Positions 18,268-25,090 of a DNA stretch of 32,000 bases are shown one piece after another. A model generated the notes under the pieces. The model saw only the letters and a list, made by a program, of their open reading frames with translations. It was not told the origin of the DNA and ran no database searches. Source of the DNA: Formosa sp. Hel1_33_131. GTDB lineage: Bacteria > Bacteroidota > Bacteroidia > Flavobacteriales > Flavobacteriaceae. Location: positions 720,001 through 752,000 of the forward strand of contig NZ_CP017260.1 of NCBI RefSeq assembly GCF_001735745.1, written 5' to 3'. A program made the translations under genes and the position numbers. Within the stretch, counting starts at the first letter, position 1, and every line of letters begins with the position of its first letter.

Positions 18268-21200
18268 TTAATAACGTAGCGAGAAATGAGATTTAAGCTG
18301 AGCTTCTAAGCCGTTACTGTTTAGATAGTTTGCAACGAACCAATAATCAGTTCCCGGTAATCGCTGTCCATTAAATGTTCCATTCCATGCATTTTGACTC
18401 GGCCTAAAATCCAATAATAATTTACCATAACGATCGTAAATACGGATCCTAGCTAAAAGATTATCCTTTAAACATTTGATGTTCCAAGTATCATTAAAGC
18501 CATCGCCATTTGGTGTAAAGAATTTTGGATATTCCATAATCGAAACCGTTGTTTCTGGCTCTGTGTTACACGTATCTATAGCGTCCCTTACCACCACTGT
18601 ATGCTCACCACATCCAGTCACATATTCGAAAACAGAGCTGAACTGCCAAAGTCCGTTATCGAGCTTATATTCATAAGAACCGCTTCCGCCAGATACTGTG
18701 ACTGAAATAACTTGATTTGTATCAAATTCTTCTGATAAGTTAATAGCACTAATCGTTAAAACATTCACAGGGATGACCACCACCGTCATTATGGTTGGGT
18801 CTGCACATTCGTCTGCATTGGGTGTAAACGTATAAGTCGTCGTTGTTGTATTGTCAAGCGCTGGTGTCCAAGCCCCTGTAATACCATCGTTAGAGGTGGT
18901 TGGCAGTACCGCTAAAGCGTCGCCATCACAAATAGCATCAACAGCTGTAAATAGTGGATTCACTTTTGGGTTCACTACAATAGTGAGCGTTGCTGGATTG
19001 GCACAGAGTCTTGCAGTAGGGGTAAACGTATAAGTGGTCGTTGTTGTTGTGTCAAGCACTGGACTCCAAGTTCCCGATACTCCATTGTTAGAAGTGGTTG
19101 GCAGTACCGCTAAAGCGTCGCCATCACAAATAGCGTCAACTGCATCAAAAACAGGATTCACTAATGGGTTCACTACAATGATGAGCGTGGCTGGATTGGC
19201 GCATTCCCCTAAATCAGGTGTAAACGTATAAGTCGTCGTTATTGTATTGTCAAGCGCCGGACTCCAAGTTCCTGATACTCCATTGTTAGAAGTGGTTGGT
19301 AGAGCTGCTAAAAAGTCGCCATCACAAATAGCGTCAACAGCACCGAAAACAGTATCCACTATTGGGTTCACTACAATGATGAGCGTTGCTGGATTGGCGC
19401 ATTCCCCTAAATCAGGTGTAAACGTATAAGTCGTCGTTGTTGTATTGTCAAGGGCTGGTGTCCAAGTCCCTGTAATACCACCGTTAGAAGTGGTTGGCAG
19501 TACCGCTAAAGCGTCGCCGACACAAATAGCGTTAACTGCATCGAAAACAGGATCCACTATTGGGTTCACTACAATGATGAGCGTTGCTGGATTGGCACAG
19601 AGTCTTGCAGTAGGTGTAAACGTATAAGTGGTCGTTGTTGTAGTGTCAAGCGCTGGTGTCCAAGTCCCTGATACTCCATTGTTAGAAGTGGTTGGTAGAG
19701 CTGCTAAAAAGTCGCCATCACAAATAGCGTCAACTGCATCGAAAACAGGATCCACTATTGGGTTCACTACAATAGTGAGCGTTGCTGGATTGGCGCATTC
19801 CCCTAAATCAGGCGTAAACGTATAAGTGGTCGTTGTTGTAGTGTCAAGCGCCGGACTCCAAGTTCCTGAAACTCCATTGTTAGAAGTGGTTGGTAGAGCT
19901 GCTAAAAAGTCGCCGTCACAAATAGCGTCAACTGCATCGAAAACAGGATCCACTATTGGGTTCACTACAATAGTGAGCGTTGCTGGATTGGCGCATTCCC
20001 CTAAATCAGGTGTAAACGTATAAGTGGTCGTTGTTGTAGTGTCAAGCGCTGGTGTCCAAGCCCCTGTAATACCATCGTTAGAGGTGGTTGGCAGTACCGC
20101 TAAAGCGTCGCCGACACAAATAGCGTCAACTGCATCGAAAACAGGATCCACTATTGGGTTCACTACAATGATGAGCGTTGCTGGATTGGCACAGAGTCTT
20201 GCAGTAGGTGTAAACGTATAAGTCGTCGTTGTTGTAGTGTCAAGCGCTGGTGTCCAAGTCCCTGTAATACCATTGTTAGAGGTGGTTGGCAGTACCGCTA
20301 AAGCGTCGCCAAAACAAATCTCTGGAATTTGAGTGAAGGTTGGTGTTACATTTGGATTCACGGCAATTGTCATATTTACAGTCGCAGCACATTGGCCTGC
20401 ATCTGGAGTGAAAGCATAAGTGGTGGTGGCTGTAGTATCCAAAGACGGTGACCAAGTTCCAGTAATGCCATTATTCGATGTGGTTAGCAGTTCACTTAAA
20501 GCGCCTCCGGAACAAATCTCTGGAATTTGAGTGAAGGTTGGTGTTACATTTGGATTCACCGCAATTGTCATATTTACGACCGTAGCACATTGGCCTACAT
20601 CCGGAGTGAAAGCATAAGTGGTGGTGGCTGTAGTATCCAAAGACGGTGACCAAGTTCCAGTAATCCCATTGTTCGATGTGGTTAGCAGTTCACTTAAAGC
20701 GTCTCCGGAACAAATCGCTGGAACTTGCGTGAACGTTGGTGTTATATTTGGATTCACCGCAATTGTCATATTTACGACCGTAGCACATTGGTCTGCATCT
20801 GGAGTAAAACTATACGTAGTGGTGGTCGTAGTATCCAAAGACGGTGACCAAGTTCCAGTAATCCCATTGTTCGATGTGGTTAGTAAATCACTTAAAGTGT
20901 CTCCAAAACAAATCGCTGGAACTTGCGTGAACGTTGGTGTTACATTTGTATTCACGGTAATAGTCATATTTACCGCCGTAGCACATTGGCCTGCATCTGG
21001 AGTGAAAGCATAAGTGGTGGTGGCTGTAGTATCCAAAGACGGAGACCAAGTTCCAGTAATCCCATTATTCGATGTGGTTAGCAGTTCACTTAAAGCGCCT
21101 CCGGAACAAATCTCTGGAATTTGAGTGAAGGTTGGTGTTACATTTGGATTCACCGCAATTGTCATATTTACGACCGTAGCACATTGGCCTACATCCGGAG

Positions 21201-23919
21201 TAAAAGTATACGTATTGGTGGTCGTAGCCGGAGACCAAGTTCCAGTAATTCCATTATTCGATGTGGTTAGCAGTTCACTTAAAGCGTCGCCATCACAAAT
21301 CTCTAGAATTTGAGTGAAGGTTGGTGTTATATTTGGATTCACCGCAATTGTCATATTTACGACCGTAGCACATTGGTCAGCATCTGGAGTAAAACTATAC
21401 GTAGTGGTGGTCGTAGTATCCAAAGATGGAGACCAAGCTCCAGTAATCCCATTATTCGATGTGGTTAGCAATGCACTTAAAGCGTCTCCAGAACAAATCT
21501 CTGGAATTTGAGTGAAGGTTGGTGTGATTTCAGTAATTATACTCACATTACCCGTAGCTATTTCACTTGAAACATCGGAAGGAAAAACGACACTTATGTC
21601 ATCTAAAAAATTACCTAATGACCCTGCTGGTTGGATAGACTTAAAACGAATGGTATAGTTTATTCCTAAATCATCAGGTAAAACATACTCTAAGCTGTAA
21701 TACCCCCAAGAATCTATACCATCTGAAAACGCACCTAAGTTTGTGTAAGGACCACCAATGGGACCAATTTCAACCTCCATTATGTCGTCTGCGCTAGAAT
21801 TTCTTCCTCTATGAGCAAAAGAAAGTATTACTGAAGAACCTGGAATTATTTCAAAATTTTGAAATAATGTAGATTGCATATTGGCATTTAATTCTATAAA
21901 TTGATTTCCTGAATAGGCGGCAATTCCATTCATTTCATCACCCCAAACTTCAATTTGAGAATCACTGGCGGTAGTTTCCCAACAAGGAACAGTGTCTTGA
22001 TGTACAATACTATAACTTCCAAGTATACCTAATTGATTCTCTTCAAAATCCGTATTACACAAGTAATTATCCTTACTGATAGATACGCTATAATCCCCTT
22101 CAATAGATGTAGAAAAACTCTGAACATTACCAGGATTACTTACACCTTCTGGAACAATCCAAGTATAAGAATAGAAACCCGCAGGTGATGGTGTTGCAAC
22201 TAGTGTCGCTATTCCACTAGAGCATATAATTTCACTATTTACAGCAACGCTAAACGGAATCGTATTCACCGAGATCGTCATGGTTTGATTGATTGCACAG
22301 GCCTCTGAATCATCTGGTGTAAAAGTATAGGTAGTTGTTTCCGTATTGTTGATTGCTGGAGACCAGATTCCTGTTACTCCGTTGTTCGATGTAGTCGGCA
22401 ATGCTCCTAAGGTTTCCCCATTAAAAATAGCAGCTACTTGCGTGAACGTTGGTATTACATTTGGATTCACGGCAATTGTCATATTTACAGTCGCAGCACA
22501 TTGGCCTGCATCTGGAGTGAAAGCATAAGTGGTGGTGGCTGTAGTATCCAAAGACGGTGACCAAGTTCCAGTAATGCCATTATTCGATGTGGTTAGCAGT
22601 TCACTTAAAGCGTCTCCGGAACAAATCGCTGGAACTTGCGTGAACGTTGGCGTTACATTTGGATTCACGGCAATTGTCATATTTACAGTCGCAGCACATT
22701 GGCCTGCATCTGGAGTGAAAGCATAACTGGTGGTGGCTGTAGTATCCAAAGACGGTGACCAAGTTCCAGTAATCCCATTGTTCGATGTGGTTAGTAAATC
22801 ACTTAAAGTGTCTCCAAAACAAATCGCTGGAACTTGCGTGAACGTTGGTGTTACATTTGGATTCACGGTAATAGTCATATTTACCGCCGTAGCACATTGG
22901 CCTGCATCTGGAGTGAAAGCATAAGTGGTGGTGGCTGTAGTATCCAAAGACGGTGACCAAGTTCCAGTAATCCCATTGTTCGATGTGGTTAGTAAATCAC
23001 TTAAAGTGTCTCCAGAACAAATCGCTGGAACTTGCGTGAACGTTGGTGTTATATTTGGATTCACCTCAATATTAGTGCTTTGAGAACAACCGAAACCTGA
23101 AGCATCGAAATGAGAATAAGTAACAGTGACAGCAGTTCCACCTAATCCTGACGGATTAAAACTTGCTGTTCCGTCACCATTATCAACTATACCACTACCA
23201 GTCCAACTACCAAAACTATCAGTTGGGGTTCCTGTAAGTGTAATACTACTACTTTCGCATAATGGACCGTACGAACCCGTATCAGTATTTGGATTGTCAA
23301 AAGAAAAACAAGCACTGTCAAAATTAGAGTGGTTTCCCATACTAATATTAAATCTATAGTTACCTGCCGGTAATACAGCATCCCCTGAAGCTAAATACCA
23401 TATATTAGCAGTAGATGGCATATTTAACTGGTTTGAACTAGCAACAATATCGGTGGTATTATCGCTATTAACGCGTAATATATCAATTCTCCCTGTAGAA
23501 GTCAGCCCATCACGAACGGAAAAATAACCAGAAAAGAATACTTGTGTATTGCACTGAAAGTCAAATTCTTGATAAAAATCTGCTGACCCAGCAACAATAT
23601 CTAAATATTGAACGCCCTCTTGTGCACTTATTGGACCACCTTGACCTGCAACGCCATTAACTTTTACAAAATTTGGAGCTGATCCAACTCCATTCCAACC
23701 ATTTATTGGCCATGTTAGGAAATTATTTCCAATATTAGTTACTGAAGGCACTTCAAAAGAGGGGTTAACTAGTTGATTTCCTGAGGATCCTTCACATAAG
23801 GATGTTGACAAGCCCCTTTCAAAAGTAGCTGCTCCAGCTGGGCCAACAACTTGTATGGAAATGGTTTGACTGAATCCCGATAGACTAATCAGCAAAAAAG
23901 CTAAAATAAAATGACGCAT
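18268..23919 (-). CDS. Giant T9SS type B cargo adhesin with 18 x 66-aa Cys-pair repeats and two lectin/CBM-like domains
   Basis: I trimmed the start to ATG 23919 (MRHFILAFLLISLSGFSQ, 1883 aa). The track start at 24093 is TTG and its 58 extra residues cover the promoter module. The C-terminus YPKFFTPNGDGFNDTWNI...YWFVANY...SHFSLRY is the gliding-motility / CHU_C type B sorting domain. Repeats follow the pattern NP.V.P.F...ICxGD.L..L.TTSNNGI.GTW.P.LDTT.TTTY.FTP..G.CA. Confidence 0.85.
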   Translation of the reverse strand: MRHFILAFLLISLSGFSQTISIQVVGPAGAATFERGLSTSLCEGSSGNQLVNPSFEVPSVTNIGNNFLTWPINGWNGVGSAPNFVKVNGVAGQGGPISAQEGVQYLDIVAGSADFYQEFDFQCNTQVFFSGYFSVRDGLTSTGRIDILRVNSDNTTDIVASSNQLNMPSTANIWYLASGDAVLPAGNYRFNISMGNHSNFDSACFSFDNPNTDTGSYGPLCESSSITLTGTPTDSFGSWTGSGIVDNGDGTASFNPSGLGGTAVTVTYSHFDASGFGCSQSTNIEVNPNITPTFTQVPAICSGDTLSDLLTTSNNGITGTWSPSLDTTATTTYAFTPDAGQCATAVNMTITVNPNVTPTFTQVPAICFGDTLSDLLTTSNNGITGTWSPSLDTTATTSYAFTPDAGQCAATVNMTIAVNPNVTPTFTQVPAICSGDALSELLTTSNNGITGTWSPSLDTTATTTYAFTPDAGQCAATVNMTIAVNPNVIPTFTQVAAIFNGETLGALPTTSNNGVTGIWSPAINNTETTTYTFTPDDSEACAINQTMTISVNTIPFSVAVNSEIICSSGIATLVATPSPAGFYSYTWIVPEGVSNPGNVQSFSTSIEGDYSVSISKDNYLCNTDFEENQLGILGSYSIVHQDTVPCWETTASDSQIEVWGDEMNGIAAYSGNQFIELNANMQSTLFQNFEIIPGSSVILSFAHRGRNSSADDIMEVEIGPIGGPYTNLGAFSDGIDSWGYYSLEYVLPDDLGINYTIRFKSIQPAGSLGNFLDDISVVFPSDVSSEIATGNVSIITEITPTFTQIPEICSGDALSALLTTSNNGITGAWSPSLDTTTTTTYSFTPDADQCATVVNMTIAVNPNITPTFTQILEICDGDALSELLTTSNNGITGTWSPATTTNTYTFTPDVGQCATVVNMTIAVNPNVTPTFTQIPEICSGGALSELLTTSNNGITGTWSPSLDTTATTTYAFTPDAGQCATAVNMTITVNTNVTPTFTQVPAICFGDTLSDLLTTSNNGITGTWSPSLDTTTTTTYSFTPDADQCATVVNMTIAVNPNITPTFTQVPAICSGDALSELLTTSNNGITGTWSPSLDTTATTTYAFTPDVGQCATVVNMTIAVNPNVTPTFTQIPEICSGGALSELLTTSNNGITGTWSPSLDTTATTTYAFTPDAGQCAATVNMTIAVNPNVTPTFTQIPEICFGDALAVLPTTSNNGITGTWTPALDTTTTTTYTFTPTARLCANPATLIIVVNPIVDPVFDAVDAICVGDALAVLPTTSNDGITGAWTPALDTTTTTTYTFTPDLGECANPATLTIVVNPIVDPVFDAVDAICDGDFLAALPTTSNNGVSGTWSPALDTTTTTTYTFTPDLGECANPATLTIVVNPIVDPVFDAVDAICDGDFLAALPTTSNNGVSGTWTPALDTTTTTTYTFTPTARLCANPATLIIVVNPIVDPVFDAVNAICVGDALAVLPTTSNGGITGTWTPALDNTTTTTYTFTPDLGECANPATLIIVVNPIVDTVFGAVDAICDGDFLAALPTTSNNGVSGTWSPALDNTITTTYTFTPDLGECANPATLIIVVNPLVNPVFDAVDAICDGDALAVLPTTSNNGVSGTWSPVLDTTTTTTYTFTPTARLCANPATLTIVVNPKVNPLFTAVDAICDGDALAVLPTTSNDGITGAWTPALDNTTTTTYTFTPNADECADPTIMTVVVIPVNVLTISAINLSEEFDTNQVISVTVSGGSGSYEYKLDNGLWQFSSVFEYVTGCGEHTVVVRDAIDTCNTEPETTVSIMEYPKFFTPNGDGFNDTWNIKCLKDNLLARIRIYDRYGKLLLDFRPSQNAWNGTFNGQRLPGTDYWFVANYLNSNGLEAQLKSHFSLRY
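18775..21528 (-). repeat. Tandem 198-bp coding repeat, 14 units (type 1 units 5-10, chimeric unit 11, type 2 units 12-18)
   Basis: The exact 198-nt period is visible in the plus-strand shadow ORFs at 19628, 19826 and 20024. One unit is 189 nt. The sequence family switches near 20310, inside the unit spanning about 20159-20356. Confidence 0.9.
22268..23061 (-). repeat. Tandem 198-bp coding repeat, 4 units (type 1 units 1-4)
   Basis: The repeat runs from NPNITPTFTQVPAICSGDTLSDLL..., starting at 23061, to ...CAINQTMTISV near 22268. The fourth unit is diverged. Confidence 0.9.
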
Positions 23920-23936
23920 TGTTAAATTGGTTAATG

Positions 23937-23944
23937 CAAATTTA
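23937..23944 (-). promoter_or_regulatory. -7 box TAAATTTG for the 1883-aa adhesin gene
   Basis: The coding-strand sequence cacTAAATTTGcatt lies 17 nt upstream of ATG 23919. It is homologous to the box at 14208..14215. Confidence 0.45.
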
Positions 23945-23994
23945 GTGAATTGTTTATAAAGTATGAAATCGATCGGAAAGAGCTTACTTGTCCT

Positions 23995-24025
23995 AAAAAC
24001 ATTACTGATTCTAGTAAGGTTTTTT
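23995..24025. terminator. Bidirectional terminator-like hairpin between the tRNA/repeat region and the adhesin-2 promoter
   Basis: aaaaacattact-gattct-agtaaggttttt forms a 12-bp stem with one mismatch. A-runs and T-runs flank it on both strands. Confidence 0.45.
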
Positions 24026-24119
24026 GACTCAGGCATTCGATAGTTCGGACTTTTTATATGGATTGAATGATATAAGCTCAAAAAAAACACCAAGAATAAA
24101 GTGTGATCTAGAGGGGATT

Positions 24120-24412
24120 AGCTGCGCTGATCCCACAAAGCTCCGCTTTGAAAATAGTACAAACAAAAAAACGCTCAAGCAAGCTTTTTTAGAACTTCTT
24201 TGTTTCAACTAATTAGCGAATTAAAAAGGAGTAGCTGCGCTGATCCCACAAAGCTCCGCTTTGAAAATAGTACAAACAAAAAAACGCTCAAGCAAGCTTT
24301 TTTAGAACTTCTTTGTTTCAACTAATTAGCGAATTAAAAAGGAGTAGCTGCGCTGATCCCACAAAGCTCCGCTTTGAAAATAGTACAAACAAAAAAACGC
24401 TCAAGCAAGCTT
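24120..24412. repeat. Perfect 113-bp tandem repeat, 2.6 copies (dispersed element, copies C1-C3)
   Basis: Units start at 24120, 24233 and 24346. Units 1 and 2 are identical over all 113 nt. Unit 3 is identical for 67 nt and then diverges into the tRNA terminator. Each unit carries the hairpin caaagc-tcc-gctttg. Confidence 0.95.
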
Positions 24413-24422
24413 GGCGTTTTTT
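24391..24422 (-). terminator. Rho-independent terminator of tRNA-Arg (bidirectional form)
   Basis: aaaaaaacgc(t)caag-caag-cttggcgtttttt has a GC-containing stem flanked by A7 and T6 runs. An outer 11-bp pairing, aaatagtacaa (24378..24388) with ttgtactattt (24427..24437), extends it to a hairpin of about 60 nt. Confidence 0.75.
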
Positions 24423-24442
24423 CTTATTGTACTATTTATTCG

Positions 24443-24516
24443 TGACCCAGAAGGGATTCGAACCCCCAACCGTCAGAGCCGAAATCTGATATTCTATCCA
24501 GTTGAACTACTGGGCC
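24443..24516 (-). tRNA. tRNA-Arg (anticodon UCG)
   Basis: I folded it by hand: GGCCCAG TA GTTC AACTGGATA GAAT A TCAGA TTTCGGC TCTGA CGGTT GGGGG TTCGAAT CCCTT CTGGGTC A. It is 74 nt with a 7-bp acceptor stem, a GTTCGAATC T-loop, and anticodon-loop positions 34-36 = TCG. CCA is not encoded. Confidence 0.85.
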
Positions 24517-24523
24517 ATTGTAT

Positions 24524-24970
24524 TTAAGACAACTTAGCTTTCACTAAAGTTGATATTGTTTTGCCATCGGTTTTACCTGCGAGGGTTTTACTCACCACAC
24601 CCATCACACGTCCCATGTCTTTCATTCCAGAAGCGCCTAAAGATGCAATGGTATCTACCACTACTTTTTCAACTTCAGATTCGTCTAACATTTGCGGTAA
24701 AAATTGACTGATGACTTCGACTTCTGCCAATTCAGGTTCTGCCAAATCTAAACGATTTTGCTCTGTAAATATCGCCGCACTGTCCTTACGTTGTTTGACT
24801 AATTTTTGTAATAATTTAAACTCGTCTTCTTCATTCATCTCCGCATCAGCACCACTCGTACGGGCTAATAAAATAGCGGATTTAATGGATCTTAATGCCG
24901 TAAGGGCTACGGTATCCTTGGATTTCATAGCGGCCTTAAGCGCGGTCATAACTGAATCTTGTAAGCTCAT
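24524..24970 (-). CDS. yqeY: GatB/YqeY domain-containing protein
   Basis: 148 aa. MSLQDSVMTALKAAMKSKDTVALTALRSIKSAILLA... and the C-terminal ...MGRVMGVVSKTLAGKTDGKTISTLVKAKL are typical YqeY. Confidence 0.8.
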   Translation of the reverse strand: MSLQDSVMTALKAAMKSKDTVALTALRSIKSAILLARTSGADAEMNEEDEFKLLQKLVKQRKDSAAIFTEQNRLDLAEPELAEVEVISQFLPQMLDESEVEKVVVDTIASLGASGMKDMGRVMGVVSKTLAGKTDGKTISTLVKAKLS

Positions 24971-25032
24971 AAGATGGACATTTAATTAGAATGCGAATAT
25001 AACAAAAACAACGATTCTTATTCTTAAAAAAT

Positions 25033-25065
25033 AAAAAAACCTGAGAAATGAATTCATCTCTCAGG
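25033..25065 (-). terminator. Rho-independent terminator after ftsZ
   Basis: The minus strand reads cctgaga-gatgaattcattt-ctcagg (7-bp stem) followed by T7. It lies about 25 nt downstream of the ftsZ stop. Confidence 0.65.
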
Positions 25066-25090
25066 ATTTAAATTTTAATATCGATTGGTA

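Noticed and set aside
18476-23359. Series of plus-strand 60-131-aa ORFs at about 198-nt spacing (MVVVVVSS..., MKVGVTFGFTAIVIF...) antisense to the 1883-aa adhesin.
   Set aside because: They repeat with exactly the period of the minus-strand coding repeat. They are low-complexity and lie wholly inside a long, well-supported ORF, so they are shadow ORFs created by the repeat rather than genes.
23920-24093. A 58-residue N-terminal extension of the giant ORF (track start 24093).
   Set aside because: The start codon is TTG. The extension runs over the -7 box and 5' UTR shared with the paralogous adhesin. A canonical signal peptide begins at ATG 23919, exactly as in adhesin 1.
24120-24412. The 113-bp tandem array as a possible CRISPR array.
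   Set aside because: Whole units are identical with no variable spacers. The period is too long, there are only 2.6 copies, and no cas genes are present. It is a simple tandem duplication.
9443-24516. Search for an integrase, transposase, IS ends or conjugation genes to support the island idea.
   Set aside because: None was found in any frame of the track or in the gaps. The island hypothesis is therefore reported only as a moderate-interest finding, not as a mobile_element feature.
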